DNA of 64,000 nucleotides, from NCBI RefSeq assembly GCF_018350175.1, contig NC_058368.1, positions 123,630,001 through 123,694,000 of the forward strand, read 5' to 3'. Source of the DNA: Felis catus. Lineage: Eukaryota. Made by a program: the position numbers and the translations under genes. The notes under the pieces were generated by a model. It ran no database searches, had not been told where the DNA came from, and worked only from the letters and a program-made list of their open reading frames with translations. Of this stretch, positions 1 to 12,965 are shown in pieces. Position 1 is the first letter of the stretch. Every line of letters starts with the position of its first letter.

Positions 1-296
1 GATTCAGGTATATAATAGAGATTTGAAGAAAAGGTATTAGAAGAGCTAGATTTACTTATTCCCTCTAAAGGAAGACAGTAATGAAGTTTACTTTGGTCAT
101 TATTTATATAAATATTTTGGAAAGATTATTTGTATATAAAATCAAGGAAGATTTTGTTAACTTGTTACGTGAGTGACTGTCTTGAAATTAAGTTAGCCAT
201 TCCGTCTGTTATATTTTCTGTCAGTGTGTAACCTCAGGCAAGATATTTTGTGTTTCCATGTATATTTTTCCTTATTTTTAAAAATGGATAGTTTTC

Positions 297-513
297 GGGG
301 CGCCTAGGTGGCGCAGTCGGTTGAGCGTCCGACTTCAGCCAGGTCACGATCTCGCGGTCCGGGAGTTCGAGCCCCGCGTCGGGCTCTGGGCTGATGGCTC
401 AGAGCCTGGGGCCTGCTTCCGATTCTGTGCCTCCCTCTCTCTCTGCCCCTCCCCCGTTCATTCTGTGTCTCTCTCTGTCTCGAAAATAAATAAAACGTTA
501 AAAAATTAAAAAA
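297..513 (+). mobile_element. Young Can-SINE (SINEC_Fc-like)
   Basis: CpG-rich tRNA-like head, (CT)n, AATAAA/A tail; TSD AAAATGGATAGTTTTC on both sides. Confidence 0.95.
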
Positions 514-2859
514 AAAATGGATAGTTTTCATAAGATGGTATCTGCATTCTCATGAGGTTTACCGTTATGATTTTGTTGTCATTAACTTCTTTTTCCCACC
601 TGCGAATGAAACATGTAGGAATTAAGCTTTCGGATTGGAAGTTATTCCTGATAAATGTAAATGAATTTGGAGATACTGAAGCATTTGTTTTGGAGAAACA
701 ATTAAGTTCATGGGTTTGTAATGGGTGTTTTTGTGAGTGATCTGTGATTAATCCCACTGAAGAACTTCTTAAGGATATTCAGTTTGTTTTTACCATTTTG
801 ATAAATTACCATATTCATTAGTAACTATAAGATTTGATTTTTAGGTATTGTCACACTTGGATCCCAATTTAATAAGCATTCATTGGCCACACGCAAAATC
901 TCTGTGCTTACATCTTTTGGTGAACAGCAGAAAGCAGATAATTAAAATAAAAGGCAGGATAGTATAAGTATTTTAGTAAAGATGTAAATAAAGTGCATTT
1001 GTAGCACAGAGGAAGAAGAAATTATGTCTGAGCTATTAGAGATGGCATCTAATTAGGAAGATAATTTAAACTTTCAAAGGAACCTTGATGAAAGAGTAGT
1101 ATTCATTTAAGGAATATTTACCACTGGAGGAGCAGCGATGTGCAGCAGGCCCAGAACATTTCAGTTAAAGAGTAAAATTTTTAAAAGTATTGAAGTTAAT
1201 CATGGAAAATAGTTAAAATATACATTTGAGTATATTGGGTCTCAATCTAAACATGTGAAAACAATGGTAGAACGTATGTTTGAAGATGAGTTGGTTGGCT
1301 GATTGGTTTGCTTGCATTTAGTTTGGGTGTTAGTTTTTTTAATGTTTATTTTTGAGGGAGGGATTGATCTGATCAGAAGTTACTGTATTGTTACAGTGTT
1401 TGAAGGATATTGGAAGAGATAGCATAGTAGACGCAAGTTTGTCAATTTAAGGAGACTCTTACTCTTTCGGGAGTGAGTCAGAAGGAGGATGGTAATAGAA
1501 GGGTTCACATGGTGGAGACTGAGGAACTAAAATGGACAGACTTGTGTGGGAAGTTGGGGGGAGTGTCAGTGATGGTAAGGTTTCAAAAAAAGTTGGCTTT
1601 ATTGAGTCTTAACAGTATTAAACTGGATAAAGTTGCCTCTTTCATTCTGTCCTTCCCCTTTTTTAAAAACACATAATGAAGTGAAGCTTGGGATTTTAAC
1701 CTTGACAAAGATTGCATCGGTATTATTCATTTGAGTTGTGACTAGCTCTGACTTAGAGCCTTTTATATTTTCTATTTTACTACCTTTAGCCATGAGAAAC
1801 TATTAAATGCTTGCCTACCTCTTCTCCTTTCCATACACACACGCATTATTTTCTTTAGGAATAATTATTAGTAACTTAGATAACCTTTTCCTTGAGAAGC
1901 ACTTTAAAGGATGGTAGTCTTTATTGAAACTTCTGACAGCTGTTAAGTTCTGTTTTCTGTGTACACTGGAAAGTGTGGCAGTAAATGCTAAATGTTGTGG
2001 TTCCATTTATACTTACATAACTCATGATGGAAAAGCCGTTGCCAGTTTATTCATTCCATAACTTGTCTGTATTTAAGGGAATTTGCTAGGGCAGAATATT
2101 TTTACCTACAGTGTACTGAAGTGCTATTTTTTTTTTTTTCACTACAGGGTTTACATATTGCATGTGTTTCTTTTTTCATCAGTTTTATTGAGATAGTATT
2201 TACACACTATACTCAGTGACTTAGTATATTCGCCATTATCACAATTTCAGAAGATTTTCATCACTTCAGAAGGAAAAGGAAACTTTTGTCATCCCACCCT
2301 GTCTTTCCATACCCTCAGTCCTAAACAACTACTGATCTGCTCTCTATAGATTTGCCTATTCTGAAAATTTCGTTAAATTGAATCATCATGTGGTATGTGG
2401 TCTTTTGTGTCTGGCTTAGCATCATGTTTTCAGGGTTTAAGCATGTTGGATATGTCAGCACTTCATTTCTTTTTATGATTGAATAGCATTCCATTGTACA
2501 GATACACTGTGTTTATCCTTGGACTGTTTCAACCTTTGGGCTATTATGAATAATGTGCTATAAGCATCCATGTCTAAGTTTTTGTGTGGACATATGTTTT
2601 CGTTTCTCTTGGGTGTGAAATTGCTGGCTCCTATGGATACTGTATGACCATTTAAAGAACTGCCAGGTTGTTTTCTCAAGTGTCTGCACCATTTCACATT
2701 GCCAGTAGCAGTGTATGAGGGTTTTGATTTCTTTACATCTTCATCAACCCTTAATACCTGACTTTTTATTACTTTTGATGTATAATGGTACCTTGTTGTG
2801 GTCTTGATTTATATTTCCATGATGACTAAATACTGTCAAGGATCTTTCTGTGTGCTTTT

Positions 2860-3330
2860 TTAAATTTTATTGTTTATTTATTTATTTATTTATTTTTATT
2901 ATTTTTTTAACGTTTATTTATTTTTGAGACAGAGAGAGACAGAGCATGAATGGGGGAAGGACAGAGAGAGAGGGAGACATAGAATCAGAAGCAGGCTCCA
3001 GGCTCTGAGCCATCAGCCCAGAGCCCGATGCGGGGCTCGAACTCACGGACCGCGAGATCATGACCTGAGCTGAAGTCCGACGCTTAACCGACTGAGCCAC
3101 CCTGGCGCCCCATTTTTTATTTATTTTTAATGCTTATGTATTTTTGAGAGAGAGGGAGACAGAGTGCAAGCAAGGAAGGGGCAGAGATGGAGGGAGACAC
3201 AGGATCTGAAGCAGGCTCCAAGCTCCAGGCTATCATCATAGAGCCTGAGACGGGGGCTCAAACCCACAGCCTATGAGATCATGAACTGAGCCAAAGTTGA
3301 CGCTCACCCAACTGAGCCCTCAGGCACACC
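2860..3330 (-). mobile_element. Two tandem Can-SINEs
   Basis: Two consecutive reverse-complement Can-SINE bodies (~2860-3110 and ~3115-3330). Confidence 0.9.
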
Positions 3331-3605
3331 TCTTTTTATGTGCTTATTGGCCATTTGTATATTCTTTGGAGAAATGTCTTCAGCTCTTTTGCTCAAATTG
3401 AAATTGAGTTTTCTTTTTATTTCTAAGTTACGAGTTCTTTATGACACTTGATTTCCAAATATTTTTCTCCCATTTTCTGTCTTGTCTTCACTTTCTTGAT
3501 AGTGTCCTTTGTAGCACAAAAGGTTTTAGTTTGATGTAATCCAATTAATCAATTTTTTTTTCTTGTTACTCATGGTTTTGGTGTCCTATATAAGAAACTA
3601 TGGCC

Positions 3606-3836
3606 AGGGGGCACCTGGTGGCTCAGTCAGTTAAGTGTCTGACTTAGGCACAGGTCGTGACCTTACGGTTCATGAATTCAAGTCCCACATCAGGCTCTGC
3701 TGTCAGCACAGACTTCGCTTCAGATCCTCTGTTCTATCCACACACACCCTGCTCTTCCCACCTCCTGTCTCTTCTTGTTTGCTCTCTCTGCTCTCTCTCA
3801 AAAATAAATAAACATTAAAAAACAAACAAAAAAAAA
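3606..3836 (+). mobile_element. Can-SINE
   Basis: GGGGCACCTGG..GGCTCAGTC head, CT tract, A tail. Confidence 0.9.
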
Positions 3837-5134
3837 CTACTGCCAACATCAAGATCATGAAGATGTACCCCTGTGTTTTCTTCTAAGAGTTTTATTGTTT
3901 AAGCCCTTATATTTAGGCCCTTGATCCATTTTCAGTTAATTTTTGTATGTGGTATAAGGATCCAGCTCCATTCTTGTCCTAACCCTGATTGTTGGGAAAT
4001 TCTTTCCTCTTTAAATAATCTTGTCATCCTTATCAAACCTCAGATGATCATAGACATAGGTTAATTTCTGGACTCTCACTTCCATTCTATTGACCTCTGT
4101 GTCTGTCCCAATGCCAGTATCATATTGTCTTCATTTACCATATGTTTGTAGTTAAGTTTCAAAAAAGTAGACTTAGGAGTTCTCCAGCTTTGTTCTTCTT
4201 TTTCAAGATTGTTTTGGCTATTCTGGGATCCTTAAAATTCCTCATGAATTTGATTATCTGCTTGTCAGTTTTTACAAAGAAGTCAGCTGGGTTTCCCAGA
4301 TGGCTTGCACATGAATCTATAGATCAGTTTGGAGAATATTGCTATCTTAACATAATAAGTGTTTCAATCATGAACATAGCATATTTTCCCTCTTATTTAG
4401 GTATTCTTTAATTAGTAATTTATTGTTTTTCAAGTATGAATTATACACTTTATTTTCTGTATACAGGGCCCTGTTGTGTCTGCAAATAGAGATGGTTTTA
4501 CTTGCCTCTTCCCAGTGTGAATGCATTTTAGGTCTTTTTGTTTTGTTTTTGTTTTGCCTAATCATTCTGTCTAAACCCTTGAGTACTGTATTAATAGTGG
4601 GCAGATATGCTTGTTGTTTCCCTAAGTTAGAGGGAGAATGTCCATGCCTTGTCTATTAACAATGATGTTACCTTTGGGTTTTGGTAAGTTTCCTTTAACA
4701 AGTTCAGGAAGTTTCTTTCTGTTCCTAGTTTGTTGAGTGTTTTTATCATGAAAGATTGTTGTATTTTGTCAAATGCTTTTTATGTACCTATTCAGATAAT
4801 CATGGGGTTATTTTCTATTCTATCTTGTATTTATTCTGATAACAGTATATTAGATTAATTGGTTTTCACCTGTTAAACCAATTTTGGATTCTTGGGTAAA
4901 TCCTGCCAGGGGGATTATTATTATTATTTTTTTAATGTGTTGCTGGATTCAGTTTGCTGGTATATTGCACAAGATTTCTGCATTCACATTCACAGGAGAT
5001 ATAGGTCTCTAGTTTTCTTTTGATGTCTTTGAGTTTGGTAACAGATTAATGCTGACCTCATAATGAGTTTGAAAGTGTTCCCCTTCTCTTCGGTTTTTTG
5101 AAGAGTTTTTGAAGAACTGGTATTATTTTTTTTT

Positions 5135-5933
5135 ATTTTTTTTTTAAATTTTTTTCAATATATGAAATTTATTGTCAAATTGGTTTCCATACAATACCCA
5201 GTGCTCATCCCAAAAGGTGCCCTCCTGAATACCCATCACCCACCCTTCCCTCCCTCCTACCCCTCATCAGCCCTGTTTGTTCTCAGTTTTTAACAGTCTC
5301 TTATGCTTTGGCTCTCTCCCACTCTAACCTCTTTTTTTTTTTTTTCCTTCCCCTCCCCCATGGGTTTCAGTTAAGATTCTCAGGATCCACATAAGAGTGA
5401 AAACATATGGTATCTGTCTTTTTCTGTATGGCTTATTTCACTTAGCATCACACTCTCCAGTTCCATCCATGTTGCTACAAAGGGCCATATTTCATTCTTT
5501 CTCATTGCCACGTAGTACTCCATTGTGTATATAAGCCACAATTTCTTTATCCATTCATCAGTTGATGGACATTTAGGCTCTTTCCATAATTTGGCTATTG
5601 TTGAGAGTGCTGCTGTAAACATTGGGGTACAAGTGCCCCTATGCATCAGTACTCCCGTATTCCTTGGGTAACTTCCTAGCAGTGCTATTGCTGGGTCATA
5701 GGGTAGGTCTATTTTTAATTTTCTGAGGAACCTCCACACTGTTTTCCAGAGCGGCTGCACCAGTTTGCATTCCCACCAACAGTGTAAGAGGGTTCCCGTT
5801 TCTCCACATCCTCTCCAGCATCTATAGTCTCCTGATTTGTTCATTTTGGCCACTCTGACTGGCGTGAGGTGATATCTGAGTGTGGTTTTGATTTGTATTT
5901 CCCTGATGAGCGACGTTGAGCATCTTTTCATGT
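5135..5933 (-). mobile_element. Young 5'-truncated felid-type LINE-1 with ORF2 C-terminus, 3'UTR and poly(A)
   Basis: Open 183-aa ORF2 C-terminal frame ([14 protein letters not shown]...[13 protein letters not shown]); T-rich tail on +; TSD TATTATTTTTTTTT at 5121 and 5934. Confidence 0.93.
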
Positions 5934-6629
5934 TATTATTTTTTTTTAATTGGAAGAATTTGGCACCTGGGCCTCGGCTTTTCCTTGTAGGTAGTTTATG
6001 ATTACTAAATCAGTTTTATAGGTCTTTTCAAGATTGTTTATTTCTTCTTGATTTCGTTTCATTGATTTGCTTTCTTAGAAATTAGTCCATTTCATCTAGG
6101 TTACCTAATTTACTTGTACACAGTTGTTCATCATATTACTTTGTAATCCAATTTATTTCCATAAGGTGGCCAGTAATGTCCGTCTTTGATTTTTCATTCT
6201 AATAATTTGAATCTTTCATCTAGCCAAACGTTTGTCAATTTTGTTGCTCTCAAAGAACCAGCTGTTTGGTCTCAATGGGTTTTTTGTTTGGTTGGTTTTT
6301 TTTTGTATTTTTCATTTTCTTAATTTCTGCTCCTTTACTAATCCTTCCGTCTGTTAGCTTTAGGTTTAGTTTGCTGTTCTTTTTTATTGTCTTAAGGTGG
6401 GAGGTTAAGTTATTAATTGGAGGTCTTTCTTTGATTTTAATACAGGCTTTTATGCTTGTTAATTTCCCTGCAGATATTTTAACTGCATCCCTTAGGTTTT
6501 GGTATATTGTTTCTTCATTTTCATTCACTTCCAGGTATTTTCTAATTTCTCTTTTGATTTCTTCTGTGACTCACTGGTTATTTAGGAATGTGTTAATTTC
6601 CATATATTCGTGAAATTCCCAAATTTCTG

Positions 6630-6832
6630 TCTTTTTTTTTTTAATGTTTATTTTTGAGCGGGGAGGTGGGGTGGGTGGGGAGGGGCAGAGAGAGAGGGAG
6701 GCACAGAATTTGAAGCAGGCTCCAGGCTCTGGTTAACACAGAGCCCTATGCAGGACTCAAACCCACAAACTGTGAGATTATGACTTGAGCCGAAGTCGAA
6801 CACTTAACCGATTAAGCCACCCATGTGCCCCC
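6630..6832 (-). mobile_element. Can-SINE
   Basis: Reverse-complement Can-SINE body with T tail. Confidence 0.88.
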
Positions 6833-8600
6833 TATATTTGATTTCTAATGTCATTCCATTGTTATTGAGAAATAATTGGTATTATTTCATTCCTTTTGAA
6901 TTTATTGAGATTTGTTTAATGGCCTGACATGTGGTCTATCCTGCAGAATGTTTTATGTGCAGTTGAGAAGAATGTATATTTTGATTGAGATGTTCTATAG
7001 ATGTATATTAGGTCTGGTTGATTTATAGTGTTGTTTATGTCTTCTGTTTCTTTTTTGCAGATCTTTATGTTTAGTTGTTCTATGCATTATTAAAAGTGAG
7101 ACATTAAAGTCTCAACTATTATTTTTGTTTCGTTTTAAAGTTTATTTTGAAAGAGAGAGAGAAAAGGAGAGCAAAAATCCTAAGCAGGGAGATCATGACC
7201 TGAGCTGAAATCCACAGTCAGATGCTTTAACTGACTGAGCTACCCAGGGGTCCCTCAACTATTGTTTTTGAATTGTCTATGTCTCTTCTCATTTCTGTCA
7301 TTTTTTGCTTTATGTGTTTTTGTTTTCTATTAAAGTAGAAATTTATCTGAAATTAGCATAGTTATGTCACCTTTTTTTGTTGCTTACATGATACACCTTT
7401 TTCCATCTTTTTATTTTAAATCTTGTGTCATTGAGGTTCAACTTTGTCTCTTACAGACTGCATAGTTAGATCTTTTTTTATTCATTCTGAAAAATTTCTA
7501 CCTATTGATTGGGTTGCTTAATCGATTGGTTAATCCATTCACCTTTACTGTTATTGATATAGTTGGATTTGTGTCTTTCATTATGCTTTTTGTTTTCAAT
7601 AGTCTCATTATTTGTTTTTCTACTCCTTTAGTTTTGCGTTCAGTGCTTATTTTCTAACATAACATTTCAGTTTATTTGATGATTTCTTTTTCTATAATTT
7701 ATATTTTTCTCTCTCTTTTTTTGTTATTTTCTTAGTGGTTGCTAGGGCTCAATATTTAATATTTAATATTTCCATATTAAGTTAATAGAATAAGTTTCAG
7801 ATTTATACTGAATTCCAGTGAGATGTAGAACTATTACTCCTGTATGCATTTATTCCATTTTCCCTCTTTTTTGTGGTATAGTCTACAAATGTTATGAACC
7901 CAACAATACACATTATAGTTATTAATATAGTTTTATGACGTACAAAGAAGCTTAGAGACAAATTAGTAGGAGTGCTATAGTGAGTATAGTTGATAGGTTA
8001 TTTGTTTGTGAGGCTCAGGGCAGGGGCAATAGTGCAATTTCTAGACAAAAGGAGAGCAAGTATTTATTTATAGTTTTTGTTATATTAATCTCATCATTTA
8101 TCATTTCTGGTACCTTTTATTGGTTCCTCTGGATTCAGGTTACCATTGGAGTTACTGCCTTAGCTCAGTACAACTTTGCTCCTACCCACCTACTTTGTGG
8201 TATTATTGGCAAATTATTGGCAAACATTTCTATATATTATAGACTTAACAATTCAATATATACATGTTGATTTTACCTTTAAATCATTTAATAGAAAAAG
8301 AAATAATTCTTTAATTATTTTTAAAGGGTTTTTTTTGGTTTTTGTTTTTGTTTCTTTTGGGAGAGAGCAGGGGAGGAGCAGAGAAAGAGGGAGAGAAAGA
8401 ATCCCAAGCAGGCTTTGTGCTGTCAGTGCAGAGCCAGACATGGGGCTTGATCTCACAAACCGTGAGATCATGACCTGAGCTGAAATCAAGAGTCGGACAC
8501 TTAACAAAGCGGATCTGCTAACAACACATTGTGTCATTTTTTCTTTTTCTGGGAATGTCTTTATTGAATGATAACTTTCCTGGATAAATATATTCTTGGC

Positions 8601-8775
8601 CAAGGTCACGATCTCGTGGCCCGTGAGTTCGAGCCCCGCGTCAGGCTCTGGGCTGATGGCTCGGAGCCTGGAGCCTGTTTCTGATTCTGTGTCTCCCTCT
8701 CTCTCTGCCCCTCCCCCGTTCATGCTCTGTCTCTCTCTGTCCCAAAAATAAAAAAATAAAAAAAAAGTTGAAAAA
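8601..8775 (+). mobile_element. 5'-truncated young Can-SINE
   Basis: Starts at AGGTCACGATCTC without the head; perfect TSD AAATATATTCTTGGC at 8586-8600 and 8775-8789. Confidence 0.92.
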
Positions 8776-9395
8776 AATATATTCTTGGCTAACAAGTGTT
8801 TTTCTATGAATATGCCAACGCACTGCCTTCTGTTCTTCATTGTGCTGAGAAGTTTCTGCTGTTAATCTTGTTCTGGTCCTTTGTGAGAGATGAGTCCTTT
8901 TTTTCTTGCTGCTTTCAAGAGTCTTCTCCTTGTATTTGGTTTTCTGCATTTTTACTGTGATGTGTCTGTTTTTTCATCTCCTTATATTCATTCTACTTGG
9001 TATCCATTGAGTTTTCTGGATACGTAGATTAATGTTTTTCAATTAATTTGGGAGTTTTCAGGCATTATTTCATCAAATATTTTTTCAACCCTTTCTCTCC
9101 TGGGACTCACATATGGGTATGTTGTACTTATTGTTATCCTACATTTCTCTGAGGTTCTGTTCATTTGTCTCCTTTTCCCCCCGCTGTTCTTTGGATTGCA
9201 TATCTCTGTTAGCCTGTTTTCAGATGTGCTGCTGTTTTCTTCTACTTCAGATCTGTTGAGCCCTTCTAGTGATTTTTTTCATTTCAGGCATTGTATATAA
9301 TGAATTTACGGATTTCCTTTTTGTTTGTTTTTATCATATCTGTCTTTATTGATACTCTCTATTTGATATGACATTGTTATTGTACCTTCCTTTAC

Positions 9396-9497
9396 TTCTT
9401 TAATTATGGTTCCTTTACTTGTTTGAATGTAGTTGGCTACCATTGAACATTCTTTAATTATGGTTCCTTTACTTGTTTGAGCATACTGGCTACCATT
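9396..9497. repeat. Imperfect tandem duplication, period 54 bp
   Basis: TTCTTTAATTATGGTTCCTTTACTTGTTTGA...TGGCTACCATT at 9396 and 9450. Confidence 0.9.
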
Positions 9498-12101
9498 AAG
9501 TCTTTGTTTAATATAACATCTGATGACTCTGATAGGTACTTTATTCTGTTTCTTGCTTTTTTTCTGGTACATAGGTCTTGGATCACACTTTTCTTTTCAT
9601 GTCTTAACGTTTTTCTTTGAAATTGGACATTTTAAATAATGTAGTACTCTTGGTACTGGTCCCTCTTTCCCTCCCCTCTCACAGGCATATTGTTATTTGC
9701 TTGTTTATTAAGTTAGTGATTAGCTGGGTTGAGGAGCAGAGAAAGAGGGAGAGAAAGAATCCCAAGCAGTCTTTTCCACCCCCCACCCCCCTCCCCCCAC
9801 TCAAAACTGGCTTTACCTAGCATGTCCTAAAGTGTTTAGGTAAGGACCTGGCAGGTAAAGCATGGAGGCAGTAGCCTCAAGTATTTACAGCTTGCCTCTC
9901 CCAGCATGACAGCAGTGCCTTAACGGTCAGGTAAGCAAGAGCAGTTGAGGCCCCAGCATTCTCAGCAGTCCCACACATGTAAGATAGAGTGTCTGGCCAC
10001 CCACTGGTGGCTGGGCAGAAGAAGGGAACCCCTACTTCTCAGATTCACTTGCCCAGAACTTAGCCTCAGCAATGGGTAGGTGGGAGCAAGTTAAGAAATG
10101 CTGCCATCCTACCCCTCTTCGGAAAATTGCCCTCCAACTGAGAGAGCTTCGGGGAGAAGGGAGCCTTGCTATGTTTTTTGCCTTCAGTAGTCTGCAGTTT
10201 CTGTCTTGCTGAGTTAGGAAGAATGGAGTGGGCGTGATCTTGGCTTAGATATCAGACTTACGTTGTTTCTAACGAATTTTAGTGTATTTTCTTGAATAGA
10301 TGTTTCTTCATATGCTGTATGTCTTTAGAACCATTTCCAAAACCAACTTTACATGGTTGGTTTTTTTATAACTTTCTTAAGTTTGCTCGGGAGGTGGGTT
10401 TGTAAAAACTCCTCGTGCTGTCATGCTGGTAGTTGATCTCAGGTTTTATATTTTTAAGGGAGAAAAATTATCCCTAACATAATTAAATTTATACACACAG
10501 TAAACAAGTTTTTAAATAATTTCTCTTTTGATCCTTAATCCGTGTTTAAAAGTGGTGCGGGTTGATGAGAATTATTTTAGGCAAATATGGAATGGGTAAT
10601 AGAGAAGAACACATTTCACTTTTTTTTCTGTTTAAATTGATGGTAAAACTGGTTTTCCCACTAAGTTGCTTACATTTGTTTACTAAAAACATGGACTACT
10701 TCCTTATTGATTATGTAACCTATCAGAATACTAAGTCAAAGAGTTTTATAGGTTAATATGGTTTGGTAGAGAGAGAGGAAGAATATATATTGAAAAAGAA
10801 AATAGTTTAAGCATTTTAAAGAGATTCAAATGTTCTTGTCAACATTTATTTTATATTATTTGTCTGCATTCTACAAACTTGAGATAATCAAAATTACATT
10901 TTAATCTGAAAATTTCCATTTATAGTAGGAAATTAGCCATATTTTTAAAAGAATGAAAAGTTAGGAAAAATATAGTTCAATTATATGACTAAGAAGTTAA
11001 AAGTAAGGAGATAGTCATACAAACTTAAAGAATTTGTACTAAGACAATCATTGAAAAGCCAAATAGAACATCTGAGTAACTATTTTCTCTTTTATGTGAA
11101 GGACAATGTTACCCATCTTTACCACAGTACAGAGCTTAGAAGTAGTTCATTGAAAAGAGCAGTTGTGTAATCTTAAGAAATATTTTTAACAGCAGATTTC
11201 CATTTGATGCCACACTAAAGTTTTCGAGGTGTGCTTTTGTCGTAACACTTAAGGAATATCTCTGGAATGTCGAGAGTGATTTTGATAGCTTTACAAAAAT
11301 TACATATGATATACTTGAGTTCTGACAGTTACTTCTGTGATATAGCTTACAGAAGGAGAATATTAAATTGAAAAAAATCTGTGGAGTTGGAGCTAAACCT
11401 AGTAAGACAGTTTTAAATTCTCTACATTACAGATTGTTGATAAATCTTAGATTATTTTTGTTTAAATACTTATTTGTCATCTAACATTTTGGAGTTAGTT
11501 CATTAATGAGACTGTAGAATGTGTCTCACACACTGGGTTTTTTCCCGTCTGGAAAACTAAAGATAATAGTCCTTGATTCTCCTTACAGTCATTTGTCCCC
11601 TGGAAGAATTAACAGTTGGGTCATAACTATTTGGCTCATTGTTTATAAAATTATTTTATATTGACTAAGCTCTACATAATACATAATCTTTGCAGTTACA
11701 GACCTAATTGAAAATACTATTTGGCTTTTGTGTCTATACCGAAGTGGAGAATGTTTTGAAACTTCTTTAAAAATAACCATATTTTGAAAAAAGTATGTTG
11801 AGGGGGAAAAAAAACCCAGTTGAAGAAAAAAAACTGGGTTTTCTTGAGGAATGGAGGTTATGCTTTCAGAAATTTGAACTCAGTAATTTAAGATAACTGT
11901 GATTGTATTTTTGGTTTGTATTTGGAAGTATATTTTACCATTGTTAAGCAGTTGGTAGTTGATTACAGAAACAGATCGTAGGTATGGGTTTATTTCTTAA
12001 AAGTTTTCCAGTTTTGAACAGTAACTGTGCTTGGGGGGGGATACTAAGCAGTCATTTCTTTGACATGTTCACTCCTCTATCAAAATAACTTTCCTTTTAT
12101 T

Positions 12102-12189
12102 GATTTTATGCAAAAGAGATCACTCACATGTTGAATTAAAAAGCAGATTTTATGCAAAAGAGATCACTCACATGTTGAATTAAAAAGCA
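12102..12189. repeat. Perfect 44-bp tandem duplication
   Basis: GATTTTATGCAAAAGAGATCACTCACATGTTGAATTAAAAAGCA x2. Confidence 0.97.
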
Positions 12190-12575
12190 GAGAGGAGTTC
12201 TTTACTGAAGGAAAAGGTCTTAATGCTGTTTGAAAGACATTGCTGTCAAACAAATTACCATAAATTGCACATGCAATTAATCCTTGTATCTCAACAATCA
12301 TGTTTTTATTAGAGAATATAAAAGACAAAAGTCTTTTAATAAAGTCTTAATACAATGGTATAAAAACACATTGTAGAGGTGCTTTGAGGATAATTTTCAT
12401 GTTGTTTAATTAGGATAATTTGAAGATAACAGATTTGTTTTCTGACACTGTTAATTTCTTACAGTTTATTTTTCTAATTCTGATATAATAAATAAAATGA
12501 TTAATCATTAGAAACTTGAAATGGCATTTTATGTCATAGTTAAGAACTCATACTGTTTAAATTCATAAGTATCAA

Positions 12576-12626
12576 GTCTACAGCCATACCATCTTGAACA
12601 TAAAATCTCATCTGAATTCTGAAGTT
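12576..12626 (+). pseudogene. Decayed 5' fragment of 5S rRNA
   Basis: GTCTACAGCCATACCATCTTGAACA...ATCTCATCTGA.TTCTGAAG aligns with 5S nt 1-52 (GTCTACGGCCATACCACCCTGAACGCGCCCGATCTCGTCTGATCTCGGAAG), starting exactly at nt 1. Confidence 0.8.
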
Positions 12627-12836
12627 TCAGCTAATTTCTATGTTTTCTCATCCAGTGGAGCATGTTGAAGGATGAAGAAGGACAGCCTTCGTATCATGAC
12701 ATAAATATTTACTGTGCAGTATGTGCCATTATCATAATGCTAAATGCTGAGAACATAGTCCATGTACATATAAAACTTAAAATTTTTCCATCAGTTTTTA
12801 AGACATAATAAGTTCCTTTTATCTTGTTTTTTCTAG

Positions 12837-12965
12837 CCTAATTCTGGTGAACTGGATCCTTTATATGTAGTAGAAGTACTTCTGCGCTGTAGCAAAGAAA
12901 GTTTGAAAAATTCAGCTACTGAGGCTGCAAAACCAGCTAAGCCTGATGAGAAAGGAGAGATGCAG
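12837..12965 (+). CDS. MTREX: MTREX coding exon (9th from last; arch/KOW region) PNSGELDPLYVVEVLLRCSKESLKNSATEAAKPAKPDEKGEMQ
   Basis: Polypyrimidine tract plus ctAG acceptor and CAG|GTTTGG donor; 129 nt, phase 0-0; the translation is recognised as mammalian MTR4/SKIV2L2. Confidence 0.96.

Larger units (their letters stand above)
2160..10440 (-). mobile_element. Old, decayed near-full-length LINE-1 (L1M-type), antisense to MTREX, interrupted by SINEs and a younger L1
   Basis: 3'UTR-like sequence near 2170-2500, ORF2-like peptides (ORF 6250..6528) and an ORF1-like peptide (LESSKKKRTHLSQRTRTRLTAE, 8641..8949) occur in the correct order; degenerate TSD cagggtttacatatt (2145) / caggttttatatttt (10440). 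Confidence 0.8.

Noticed and set aside
1..13. CAG|GTATAT donor-like site at the window start as the end of the preceding MTREX exon
   Set aside because: The upstream bases (ATT CAG) do not fit the peptide I recall preceding PNSGELD (ending ...NVK), and the context is too short
297..380. tRNA genes suggested by A/B-box-like SINE heads
   Set aside because: These are tRNA-derived Can-SINE heads followed by CT tracts and A tails, not cloverleaf tRNAs
8253..8840. 195-aa minus-strand ORF
   Set aside because: Chimera of SINE and L1 sequence with typical Can-SINE translation products
11811..11842. 11-bp inverted repeat AAAACCCAGTT / AACTGGGTTTT as a miRNA or terminator hairpin
   Set aside because: Too short for a pre-miRNA and partly low-complexity; plausible by chance
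12102..12189. Direct repeats as a CRISPR-like array
   Set aside because: Only two adjacent copies with no spacer, in a mammalian intron
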